This document shows, piece by piece, positions 1 through 9,183 of a DNA stretch of 64,000 nt. Within the stretch, counting starts at the first letter, position 1; each line of letters starts with the position of its first letter. The stretch comes from Patescibacteria group bacterium. Lineage in GTDB: Bacteria > Patescibacteriota > Patescibacteriia > UBA9934 > GWF2-40-263. The notes beneath the pieces are model-generated. The model was given only the letters and a program-made list of their open reading frames with translations, did not search any database and was not told the DNA's origin. A program made the position numbers and the translations under genes. Location of the stretch: positions 70,270-134,269 of the forward strand of contig SCUM01000002.1 in NCBI GenBank assembly GCA_004297215.1, written 5' to 3'.

Positions 1-461
1 TTCACCCCCTCGGCGCCGCTCTTCAGCACCCGCTCGATCGCCATCTTCATGCTGCGACGGAACGGCATGCGCTTCTCGATGTCGGCGGCGATCTGCTGGC
101 CGATCAGGGAGGCGGAGAGCGACGGCTGGGCGATCTCCTTCACGTTCACCGTGAGGTTCACCTTGCGGCCGCGGAAGAACTCTCCCTTGATCTTCTTCAC
201 GAGCTCCTCGATGCCGGCGCCGCCGCGGCCGATGACGATGCCGGGCTTCCCCGCATGGACGTTGACGGCAAGGATGCCGCGGCTGCGGTCGATCACGATG
301 CGGTCGACCAGCGCGTCCTTGAGCGCCTTCTTCAGGAAGCGGCGGATGGAGACGTCCTCGCGGAGGTTCTGGCGGAACGCGTCCTTGGACGCGAACCACG
401 TGGCGTCCCAGTCCTTGGTGACGGCGAGCCGGAAGGATTTCGGATGGACTTTGTGACCCAT
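1..461 (-). CDS. rpsC: 30S ribosomal protein S3 (partial, N-terminal part; continues beyond window start)
   Basis: Minus-strand reading from the ATG at 459-461 gives MGHKVHPKSFRLAVT..., a typical S3 N-terminus. It sits directly downstream of rplV in conserved S10-operon order. Confidence 0.85.
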   Translation of the reverse strand, partial: MGHKVHPKSFRLAVTKDWDATWFASKDAFRQNLREDVSIRRFLKKALKDALVDRIVIDRSRGILAVNVHAGKPGIVIGRGGAGIEELVKKIKGEFFRGRKVNLTVNVKEIAQPSLSASLIGQQIAADIEKRMPFRRSMKMAIERVLKSGAEGV

Positions 462-462
462 A

Positions 463-909
463 TCAGGTGGTGGCCTTGGCCTTCTTCATGGCCGCCGGCT
501 TTCCGACGGAGGCGGATCCGCCTTTGGCGGGCTTGGCGGGTTTCTTTTTCGTCTCCGGCGCCTTCCCTTCCATCCCCGCGATGGGCGCGAGCGTGACGCT
601 CACGTGGCTCATGCGCTTGCGGATGGGGGCCGCGCGGCCGAAGGCGCGGGCGCGCCAGCGGTGCAGGACCGGGCCGCCGTCGGCCATGATCGACTTCACG
701 TACAGGGAAGAGGCGTCGAGGCCGAAATTGTGCTGCGCGTTGGCGGCCGCGGAGTTGATGAGCTTGATCACGGGGAGCGCCGCCGCCTTTTTCATGAAGG
801 TAAGCTGCGCGATCGCGCGGGCGACCGGCATGCCGCGCACGAGATCGATAATGAGGCGCACCTTGCGGGGCGACACGCGGACGTAGCGGGCTTTTGCGTG
901 GACTTCCAT
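463..909 (-). CDS. rplV: 50S ribosomal protein L22
   Basis: 148-aa ORF beginning MEVHAKARYVRVSPRKVRLIIDLVRG, characteristic of L22. Its operon position (S19-L22-S3) is conserved. Confidence 0.93.
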   Translation of the reverse strand: MEVHAKARYVRVSPRKVRLIIDLVRGMPVARAIAQLTFMKKAAALPVIKLINSAAANAQHNFGLDASSLYVKSIMADGGPVLHRWRARAFGRAAPIRKRMSHVSVTLAPIAGMEGKAPETKKKPAKPAKGGSASVGKPAAMKKAKATT

Positions 910-915
910 AAGCGG

Positions 916-1248
916 TTACTTCTTCGCGGCCGGGGCGGCCGCAGCGGGCTTCGGCGTGCCGCCGGCTGCGGCGGCTTCGGTGTCCTTCTGGAGCTTGCCT
1001 CCGTGGCGGACGAACTTGCGGGTCGGGGAGAATTCGCCGAGCTTGTGCCCGACCATGTTCTCGACGACGCGCACCGGGACGTGGTCGCGGCCGTTATGCA
1101 CCGCGATGGTGAATCCCACCATCTCCGGCGTGATCGAGGAGGCGCGCGCCCAGGTCTTGATCACCGTCTTGTCGCCGGCCCGAAGCTTCCCCACTTTCTT
1201 GAGGAGCTTCTGGTCGACGTACGGGCCTTTCTTGGAACTGCGAGACAT
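916..1248 (-). CDS. rpsS: 30S ribosomal protein S19
   Basis: 110-aa [22 protein letters not shown]...[13 protein letters not shown], an S19 signature, with a Lys/Ala-rich C-terminal tail. Confidence 0.93.
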   Translation of the reverse strand: MSRSSKKGPYVDQKLLKKVGKLRAGDKTVIKTWARASSITPEMVGFTIAVHNGRDHVPVRVVENMVGHKLGEFSPTRKFVRHGGKLQKDTEAAAAGGTPKPAAAAPAAKK

Positions 1249-1260
1249 AGGGAGTACGGC

Positions 1261-2118
1261 TTAGGCGCCCACGAACCGGCCCTTCGGGCGGCGGGAGACG
1301 ATGAACTTGTCCGAGGCCTGCTTGCGGCGGGTCTTCACGCCCAGCGCGGGCTTCCCCTGAGGGGTCTTGGGATGGACGAGGCCGATGGAGTTCTTGGCCT
1401 CGCCGCCGCCGTGCGGGTGGTCGACCGGGTTCATCACCTTGCCGCGCACGCTCGGGCGGATGCCGCGATGGCGCATGCGTCCGGCCTTGCCCCAGCGGAC
1501 GAGGCGGCGGTCCTGGTTGGACGCGCTTCCGATCGTCGCCATGCACTCGCGCGCGACGAGGCGGACCTCGCCGGACGGGAGCTTGAGGGTGGCGTACGCG
1601 CCTTCGACGGCCATGAGGGCCACGGAGGCGCCGGCGCCGCGGGCGATCTGGCCGCCCTTGCCGGGCATGATCTCCACGTCGAACACGTTGATGCCGGCCG
1701 GGATGTGCTCGAGCGAGAAGCGGTTGCCCACCTTGATCTCGCCCTTCTGCTTGGAACACACGATCGTCTCGCCCACGGGGAGGTCCGCCGGGGCCACGAT
1801 GTAACGCTTCTCGCCGTCCTGGTACTGCAGCAGCGCGAGACGCGCGCCGCGGCTCGGATCGTACTCGATGGCGATCACGCGCGCGGGCACGTCGAACTTG
1901 TCGCGAACCGCGTCGACGACGCGCAGGCGGCGCTTGGCCCCGCCGCCCTGGTGACGGACGGTGATCTTGCCGCTTGCGTTGCGGCCGGCCTTGCGGCGGC
2001 GCGCCGTGGTGAGCTTCTTCTCCGGCCCCTTCTTCCCTTTCTTCGTAAGGTCGGCAAAGGCGTCGACGCTTGAGTGGCGGCGACCGGCGGTGGTCGGGTT
2101 GTATTGTTTCACGGGCAT
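1261..2118 (-). CDS. rplB: 50S ribosomal protein L2
   Basis: 285-aa ORF containing the conserved L2 segments ...GRNASGKITVRHQGGG... and ...HPHGGGEAK... Confidence 0.96.
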   Translation of the reverse strand: MPVKQYNPTTAGRRHSSVDAFADLTKKGKKGPEKKLTTARRRKAGRNASGKITVRHQGGGAKRRLRVVDAVRDKFDVPARVIAIEYDPSRGARLALLQYQDGEKRYIVAPADLPVGETIVCSKQKGEIKVGNRFSLEHIPAGINVFDVEIMPGKGGQIARGAGASVALMAVEGAYATLKLPSGEVRLVARECMATIGSASNQDRRLVRWGKAGRMRHRGIRPSVRGKVMNPVDHPHGGGEAKNSIGLVHPKTPQGKPALGVKTRRKQASDKFIVSRRPKGRFVGA

Positions 2119-2119
2119 A

Positions 2120-2548
2120 TCAGACTCCTTCGTACACGTCGATCGTCTTGCCCTTAGGCAGGGTCACGACCGCCTTCTTCCAGGTGCTGCGCATCCCTTC
2201 CCGGCCGCCGAAGCGGACCACCTTGCCGCGCACGCGCATGATGTTGACGCTCGTCGGCGTGACGCCGTACATCGCCTTCACCGCGTTGCGGACGTCCACG
2301 CGGGTGGCGTCCATGCTTACGACGAAGGAGTACTGGCCCGCATGCGCGATCGTCGCGGCCTTCTCGGTGACGAGCGGCGCGGTAATGACGTTCACCAGAT
2401 TCTCCGGGAGCGCCTTGCTCGTGGCCTTCGGCGATACGCCCTTGGCGGACGGCTTCCCTGCGGCCTTCTCGGCCTTCTTGGGAGCCGCGGCGACGTCGCC
2501 GGCGATCTCCTGTTCCTTCTTTGATTTGAATCGGTCAAGGATTCCCAT
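2120..2548 (-). CDS. rplW: 50S ribosomal protein L23 (with N-terminal Lys/Ala-rich extension, or a later non-ATG start)
   Basis: The C-terminal ~95 aa (...ITAPLVTEKAA...VVSMDATRVDVRNAVKAMYGV...) match L23 and the operon position fits. The 45-aa N-terminal extension is unverified. Confidence 0.8.
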   Translation of the reverse strand: MGILDRFKSKKEQEIAGDVAAAPKKAEKAAGKPSAKGVSPKATSKALPENLVNVITAPLVTEKAATIAHAGQYSFVVSMDATRVDVRNAVKAMYGVTPTSVNIMRVRGKVVRFGGREGMRSTWKKAVVTLPKGKTIDVYEGV

Positions 2549-2549
2549 A

Positions 2550-3185
2550 TCAGGCGCGCTTATAAGTCTTCACGAGCGCTTCGAGCGCGGCCTTGGAGGC
2601 GACGATCGTCTCGTGGGACAACAGGTCGACGACGTTGAGGCTCCCGACGGAGATGGTGGACACGCGCGGCAGGTTCTTGGCCGCGCGGGCCACGCCCCGG
2701 TTCTCGGCCTCGACCACGATGAGGGTCTTCGAGCCTGCAAGCGGAAGCTTGGCAAGCATGAAGGCCACGCGCTTGGTCTTCGCCTCCGGAAGCGCGAGCG
2801 AATCCACCGCCACGAGCCTCTCGCCGGCCACCTTGTCGGAAAGCACCATCGCGAGCGCCTTGCGGCGGGCGGCGCGGTTCATCTTCACCGAGAAATTGCG
2901 CTCGCTGGTGGGACCGAACGTGACGCCTCCGCCCACCCAGATCGGGGAGCGGCGCGACCCGTGGCGGGCACGACCGGTGCCTTTCTGCTTCCACGGCTTC
3001 TTGCCGGTGCCGGCGACCTCGCCGCGGTCCTTGGTGTGCGCCGTGACCACGCGGGAGTTGGCGGTCTGGGCCACCACCGCCTCGTGCACGAGCGCCGGGT
3101 TCGCCTTCACCTCGAAAAGCGCCGGGTCGAGCGCGAGCTCGCCCACCTTGGCGCCTTCCTGGTTATAGAGGGTTACTTTTGCCAT
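2550..3185 (-). CDS. rplD: 50S ribosomal protein L4
   Basis: 211-aa ORF with the L4-like motif ...[34 protein letters not shown]...; its operon position (L3-L4-L23) is conserved. Confidence 0.94.
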   Translation of the reverse strand: MAKVTLYNQEGAKVGELALDPALFEVKANPALVHEAVVAQTANSRVVTAHTKDRGEVAGTGKKPWKQKGTGRARHGSRRSPIWVGGGVTFGPTSERNFSVKMNRAARRKALAMVLSDKVAGERLVAVDSLALPEAKTKRVAFMLAKLPLAGSKTLIVVEAENRGVARAAKNLPRVSTISVGSLNVVDLLSHETIVASKAALEALVKTYKRA

Positions 3186-3808
3186 ACGGTCTTCCCTTCA
3201 CGGCCGACGATCATGAGCAGCGTCCCATGGGCTCCTGGCACCGCGCCTTTGATGGCGAGCGTGCCTTTCGCCGCATCGACGGCAACCACTTCGAGGTTCT
3301 TGACGGTCACGCGCGAGGCGCCCATGTGGCCGGCCATGCGCTGGCCCTTGCTGACCGGACCCTGGCGCTGCGAGGCGATGGATCCCGGCATGCGCATCTG
3401 GTCCTTCTGGCCGTGCGTAGCCGGACCGCCGGAGAACCCGTGGCGCTTCATCACGCCCTGGAACCCCTTTCCCTTGGAAATCCCCGTCACGTCGACCATG
3501 GTGCCGGGCACGAACGCGTCGACGGTCACCGCGTCGCCCCGCTTGAGGTCGGTCGCGGAAACGCGGAATTCGCGCAGGGTGCCGACCTGCGGCAGGTCCT
3601 TAAGGTGTCCCGCTTCTGACATGGGCAGGGCCTTCTTCACGCCGGTCCCGATCTGGACGGCAGAATACCCGTCAATCTCGGTGGTCTTCACCGCCGTGAC
3701 GACGTTGGGCTGCGTGGTGACGATCGTGACAGGCACGACGGTCCCGTCCTCCCTGAAATGTTGCGTCATTTCGAGCTTGCGCCCGATGATGAATGGCATA
3801 GCGTCCAT
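3173..3808 (-). CDS. rplC: 50S ribosomal protein L3 (start may be the second ATG at 3799)
   Basis: 211-aa ORF with L3-like ...GKGFQGVMKRHGFSGGPATHGQKDQMRMPGSIASQ...; it overlaps rplD by 13 nt. Confidence 0.92.
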   Translation of the reverse strand: MDAMPFIIGRKLEMTQHFREDGTVVPVTIVTTQPNVVTAVKTTEIDGYSAVQIGTGVKKALPMSEAGHLKDLPQVGTLREFRVSATDLKRGDAVTVDAFVPGTMVDVTGISKGKGFQGVMKRHGFSGGPATHGQKDQMRMPGSIASQRQGPVSKGQRMAGHMGASRVTVKNLEVVAVDAAKGTLAIKGAVPGAHGTLLMIVGREGKTVWQK

Positions 3809-4103
3809 GTATTGGTCCGTGGATGGTCACGGACATACCCCGGCTTCCTAAGCGAAAAGCCAGAAGTCGAGAGACATCCGCACGATGCATCCCGGCTTCT
3901 GACCCTTGTTTTCCCACAGACAGGCGCGGGAAAGGCAAGGTTGTATGGGGTCGATGGTAATGAGAGGGACTCCTGAATGCAGCCGTTTGAAGCTCCGGAA
4001 GGTTTTCCAATGGATCTTTCTTCCGTGTTCTTCGAGCTGTTCGCGGGATGGACCCACGGAACGGGCCGGGTCAACGACCTAGCCACATCCGTGGATCAAT
4101 CAC

Positions 4104-4439
4104 TTAGGTCTTTATCTCTACGTCCACTCCAGCCGGCAAGTTGAGGCTCATGAGCGAATCCATGGTGCGCTCGGTCCATTCGCTGATGTCGATGAGCCGC
4201 TTATGGATGCGCATCTCATACTGCTCGCGGCTGTCCTTGTCGATGAACGTCGACCGGTTCACCGTGAACTTGCGCTTCTCCGTGGGGAGAGGCACGGGCC
4301 CCAGGATCTTCGCTCCGGACCGCTCCGCCGTCTTGATGATGGTCTGGGTGGCCTGGTCAATGATCTTGTGGTCGTACGCGCGGATCTTGATGCGGATCCT
4401 CGACTTCTCCTCCTGGTCCTTTTTTGCTGGTTGCGCCAC
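4104..4439 (-). CDS. rpsJ: 30S ribosomal protein S10
   Basis: 111-aa ORF ...[49 protein letters not shown]..., a classic S10. Confidence 0.94.
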   Translation of the reverse strand: MAQPAKKDQEEKSRIRIKIRAYDHKIIDQATQTIIKTAERSGAKILGPVPLPTEKRKFTVNRSTFIDKDSREQYEMRIHKRLIDISEWTERTMDSLMSLNLPAGVDVEIKT

Positions 4440-4470
4440 AGGGGAAGGAACGGTTAACCGGAACGGTGAG

Positions 4471-5664
<1,194 letters not shown>

Positions 5665-5793
5665 ACGCGTAATGAGGTCGAGCCCAATGGGCGAAAAGAG
5701 CTCTTTAATTAGCGAATTATTGATGTAGATGAAAGATGTGGCCAAGTATAGCAGGGCCCCCTGAACTGCGCAAGTTTGCTGGGGTCCCTGCGT

Positions 5794-6264
5794 TTATTCT
5801 ACCGGTTCGAGGTAAAACTGATCCTCATCGAAGGAGTCTTTCTTGGCTGAATTAAGGTTCATTCCAGGGCTCTTGGGGGCGTCTTTCTCCTCCTCGCCCT
5901 GATAGGCCATGAACTGGCGAAGCACGTCCTCCCGTTCGCCGTCGCTCATTTTGCCTATATCCCAGGTGTCTCCGGCCTCGTTTGCCGGTTTCATGAGGTC
6001 AAAAAGGTCCGGCGGAGGCGCATCTTCGTCCTTAGGCTGCAATGGTCGGATGTCCCGATCTTGACGTAGGCTCGGACCATCCATCCTCCCCGTCCTTTCC
6101 ACCTTTTCAGTATTTTCGACCCTTTCAACCTTTCCGGGCCCCAAAAGCCCTTCATACTGGTCCAAACCCATCACCACGAAGGCGTCCTCGCCTTCCGGAT
6201 CGGTGATAATCACCCGATCTCCGGTGCGTTTCGACAGTTCCAGGATGCGGCGGATATTCTTCAT
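5794..6264 (-). CDS. Hypothetical acidic protein (156 aa)
   Basis: Intact ORF with ordinary, non-repetitive composition. No recognisable motif. A plausible TTGACA-type promoter lies upstream on the minus strand. Confidence 0.5.
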   Translation of the reverse strand: MKNIRRILELSKRTGDRVIITDPEGEDAFVVMGLDQYEGLLGPGKVERVENTEKVERTGRMDGPSLRQDRDIRPLQPKDEDAPPPDLFDLMKPANEAGDTWDIGKMSDGEREDVLRQFMAYQGEEEKDAPKSPGMNLNSAKKDSFDEDQFYLEPVE

Positions 6265-6334
6265 AATGCGAGCATCTTACCGTTCGCATCTCCCCTGTCA
6301 ACCGACCAAATATTGGCTAACCTTGGCATAAGGG

Positions 6335-6363
6335 TTGACAAAATCCCCTCGGTATGGTATTCT
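6335..6363 (+). promoter_or_regulatory. Sigma70-like promoter: TTGACA -17 nt- TATTCT
   Basis: TTGACA at 6335-6340, a 17-nt spacer, then TATTCT at 6358-6363. The same architecture lies upstream of the tRNA-Glu (61986-62014) and tRNA-Arg (36995-37023) genes. Confidence 0.4.
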
Positions 6364-6369
6364 ACCCCT

Positions 6370-6526
6370 CGTGCTGAGTTATCTCAGGTCTGAGAGATCC
6401 TCCGAATACGAAGGAATCTACACAGGACTGGAAGAAACGACAGGAAATAGAAACATTGTTTTAGCCTGACTTACGAGCTTCCCTCTTAGACAACAAACCC
6501 CCGGCCTAGGCCGGGGGTTTTGTTTT
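6370..6526 (+). ncRNA. Candidate small non-coding RNA (orphan promoter-to-terminator unit, ~150 nt, no ATG-initiated ORF)
   Basis: The promoter at 6335-6363 and the intrinsic terminator at 6498-6526 bracket a segment that contains no ATG. It has internal hairpins, e.g. CTGAGTTATCTCAG. Confidence 0.3.
6498..6526. terminator. Bidirectional intrinsic terminator (CCCCCGGCC-TAG-GCCGGGGG + T-run), also ends recQ
   Basis: Perfect 9-bp stem with a 3-nt loop, followed by TTTTGTTTT on the plus strand. On the minus strand it lies immediately after the recQ stop codon. Confidence 0.6.
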
Positions 6527-8036
6527 ACGTCCTTGCGCGCCGCGGATGTATACGTTCAGCGAGTCGGTGCGAACGTGTGTACGTCTGGATGTGCCCGAGA
6601 AACGTCTCGCCATACTGCGCGAGCTTCCGAGAACCGACGCCGAACACCTGCGCGAGCGCGCCGAGGGTCTGCGGAAGGTAGTACGCCATCTCCTGCAGCG
6701 TCCTGTCGCCGAAGATGACGAACGGCGGGACGTTCTGCGCGTCGGCCAACGTTTTCCGTTCCCGGCGGAGGATCTGGAACAGGTCTGCCTCGAACGGAAG
6801 TCCTTCGGGAGATTTCGAGGGGGCGACGACGGCATCGATCGCCTGTTTTGGCGGAGGGACGCAGACATCGCACGAATCACACGTCGCGGATTCGCCGCGT
6901 TCACCGAAATATTCAAGAAGGAACTTGCGGCGACAGGTGCGCGTCTCGCAATACGAGATGACCTGGGCAAGTTTCTGGATCGCGAGCGCCTTTTCCGGCC
7001 CGTTCTCCATCATGTTGATGAAATAATCCTGCTTGCGCTTGTCACCATACGTGTAGAACAACACGCACTCGCTCGGGAGCCCGTCGCGGCCCGCGCGGCC
7101 GGTTTCCTGATAATACGACTCGATGGTCTTCGGCAAATCCATGTGCACGACCAGACGCACGTCGGGCTTGTCGATGCCCATGCCAAACGCGATGGTGGCG
7201 ACGATGACGGGAACCTCGTCGCGGATGAACTTGTCCTGCGTCTGCGCGCGCACGTCGCGATTCAATCCGGCATGATACGGAAGCGCCTGGAACCCGGCGC
7301 GACAGAGTTGCTCGGCGACCTCTTCCGTGTTCTTGCGGGAAAAGCAATATACGATCACCGGCTTTTCCTTATATGATTCCAAAAGCCCGACGAGCTGCCC
7401 GACCGCGTTCCTTTTTGGACGGACGGCATACCGAAGGTTCGGTCGGTTGAAACTCGACAGGAACACGGATGCATCTTCCATCCGGAGTTCCTTCAGGATG
7501 TCTTCCTTGACCCTCGGCGTGGCCGTTGCCGTAAGGGCGATTACCGGCACGCCGGGAAACACCCTCCGCAGCTCCTTCATGTTGCGGTAATCCGGCCGGA
7601 AATCGTGTCCCCACTCCGAAATGCAGTGCGCTTCGTCGATCGCGATGAGGGAGACGTTCAGATGCGACAAAAATACTTGGAACGCGGGCTGGGCCAACCG
7701 TTCCGGGGCTACGTACAGCAGCTTCAGCTCGCCTGACAGCGCACGCGCCTCCACGTCGTCTGACACGTCGCCATCCAACGTACTGTTCAGGCAGGCCGCA
7801 CTGATTCCGTTTGCCGTGAGGGCATCCACCTGGTCCTTCATGAGCGCGATGAGCGGCGAAACGACGAGGGTGATCCCTGGAAACTTGAGTGCCGGCAGCT
7901 GAAAACACAGCGACTTCCCTCCACCGGTCGGCATAAGCACCAACACGTCCTGCTTCTTAAGGACGGTGTCGATGATTTCTTCCTGCAATGGCCGAAATGC
8001 GTCGTAGCCAAAATGCGTCTTAAGCAACTCCCGCAT
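6525..8036 (-). CDS. recQ: ATP-dependent DNA helicase RecQ (503 aa, zinc-binding module present, no HRDC domain)
   Basis: RecQ N-terminus ...FGYDAFRPLQEEII..., Walker A LMPTGGGKSLCFQLPAL, DEAH-like IAIDEAHCISEWGHDFR, and a Cys cluster CDSCDVC. The start was trimmed to MRELL ('cat' at 8034-8036). Confidence 0.9.
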   Translation of the reverse strand: MRELLKTHFGYDAFRPLQEEIIDTVLKKQDVLVLMPTGGGKSLCFQLPALKFPGITLVVSPLIALMKDQVDALTANGISAACLNSTLDGDVSDDVEARALSGELKLLYVAPERLAQPAFQVFLSHLNVSLIAIDEAHCISEWGHDFRPDYRNMKELRRVFPGVPVIALTATATPRVKEDILKELRMEDASVFLSSFNRPNLRYAVRPKRNAVGQLVGLLESYKEKPVIVYCFSRKNTEEVAEQLCRAGFQALPYHAGLNRDVRAQTQDKFIRDEVPVIVATIAFGMGIDKPDVRLVVHMDLPKTIESYYQETGRAGRDGLPSECVLFYTYGDKRKQDYFINMMENGPEKALAIQKLAQVISYCETRTCRRKFLLEYFGERGESATCDSCDVCVPPPKQAIDAVVAPSKSPEGLPFEADLFQILRRERKTLADAQNVPPFVIFGDRTLQEMAYYLPQTLGALAQVFGVGSRKLAQYGETFLGHIQTYTRSHRLAERIHPRRART

Positions 8037-8140
8037 AAATAAAATTACTGGCCCGGTGAGCCAGAGTGTTTGAAAGCTTGATGAGACAAGCGTACCCGTT
8101 TTTTTCGTCGTTGTCAATCGAGATGTGTGGATATCCTGTA

Positions 8141-9142
8141 TCAGCGTAGCAGCTCCGCAACCCTTTCACTGAATTCGTCGCGATGCTTGGCGAGATACGG
8201 ATACAAGCGCGACCTTCGCTCGATGTTATCACGCATCTGGAACTGACCGCTCAGGTATTCCTTCTCGGCCCAGAGCGAAAACAACCCCTTACGGAACCCG
8301 CATTCGAACGCCAGCTCGCGTTCGAGATCGGTAAGCGCTGCTTGCTTTCGGTACGCGCCGAGATACGTCTTCACGCGATCCCAATCCAATGTTCCCCGGG
8401 CCATCCGGCAATTGAACATCACGGAACGCATCACCTCGAATCCGCGCCAGCCCCATCCGGCCTTTTCCCAGTCGAGCACAGCGGCCACCTTCCGTCCGCG
8501 CACGAGCACGTTCATGATGTGATAATCATTGTGGCAGACGCGGACCGGGAGGCGACGGAACGCTTCCTTGTCCCAGCCGCCGATCGCGACCGCGTTTTCG
8601 TGCGCGTCGAGGGAACGGGCGACCGTCTCCCGGACGACCTTCGGCTTCGACCTCAGCGAGCGCCGCATGGAGACGATTTCGGACAAGAATGATTCCGGAT
8701 TCCACGAAGCCATATCCTCGAATGCGGGCTTCTGCATTCGGAATTTGAACGTCTCGAGCGTCGCGTCGATGCGTCCAAGCATTTCTCCCATGGGCCGCAT
8801 GAGCGGCGCATTCCGATACCGTGACGGATGCGTCCCTTCGACGAAGGGGTACAGGGCGACGGCATGGCCGCCCACCTCTCCGCTTGCGACCGGCAACGGG
8901 ACCGGAATGCCCTTTCCGACGGCATGCGCCATCATCCGATGCATCTCGCGCATGGCCTTCAGCGAGACTTTCGGCCGATAAGCTTTCAAGACGTACCGTT
9001 CGCTCCCGACGCGAACGACAAGGTTCTGATTAAGAAGACCGCTCAGAAGCGGACGCATCGAAACGCGCCGTGCGGGAAACACGGCTTGAACGAATTCCTT
9101 GAGATGATCATTCGGGACAAAGGCGAGCATGGAACAAAGCAT
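8141..9142 (-). CDS. Aminoglycoside phosphotransferase (APH)/choline-kinase-like family protein kinase
   Basis: 333-aa ORF with the catalytic-loop motif VCHNDYHIMNVLV and a downstream D...DWEKAGWG, the family's HxDxxxxN...D signature. It sits between fusA and recQ. Confidence 0.8.
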   Translation of the reverse strand: MLCSMLAFVPNDHLKEFVQAVFPARRVSMRPLLSGLLNQNLVVRVGSERYVLKAYRPKVSLKAMREMHRMMAHAVGKGIPVPLPVASGEVGGHAVALYPFVEGTHPSRYRNAPLMRPMGEMLGRIDATLETFKFRMQKPAFEDMASWNPESFLSEIVSMRRSLRSKPKVVRETVARSLDAHENAVAIGGWDKEAFRRLPVRVCHNDYHIMNVLVRGRKVAAVLDWEKAGWGWRGFEVMRSVMFNCRMARGTLDWDRVKTYLGAYRKQAALTDLERELAFECGFRKGLFSLWAEKEYLSGQFQMRDNIERRSRLYPYLAKHRDEFSERVAELLR

Positions 9143-9146
9143 AACA

Positions 9147-9173
9147 AAAGGCCCCGCGATCAGCGAGGCCTTT
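9147..9173 (-). terminator. Hairpin AAAGGCC...GGCCTTT downstream of fusA
   Basis: A 7-bp stem with a 13-nt loop. On the minus strand it is followed by a U-containing run. The strength of the T-tract is moderate. Confidence 0.4.
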
Positions 9174-9183
9174 CCTCTTACGA

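Noticed and set aside
604-2073. Long plus-strand ORF (489 aa) and many similar long ORFs opposite known genes (e.g. 9259-11796, 22853-25483, 26399-28783, 37608-40895, 47433-50018, 57502-60600)
   Set aside because: They are Arg/Gly/His/Asp-rich with low-complexity translations. They lie antisense to strongly conserved ribosomal, EF-G, LeuRS, IF-2, pilus, GyrA and FtsH genes. They are typical stop-codon-poor artefacts of >65% GC DNA.
3766-4086. 106-aa and 69-aa minus-strand ORFs inside the rpsJ-rplC spacer
   Set aside because: Composition is Ser/Pro/Gly-rich, they overlap the rplC start, and there is no RBS. The spacer was treated as non-coding.
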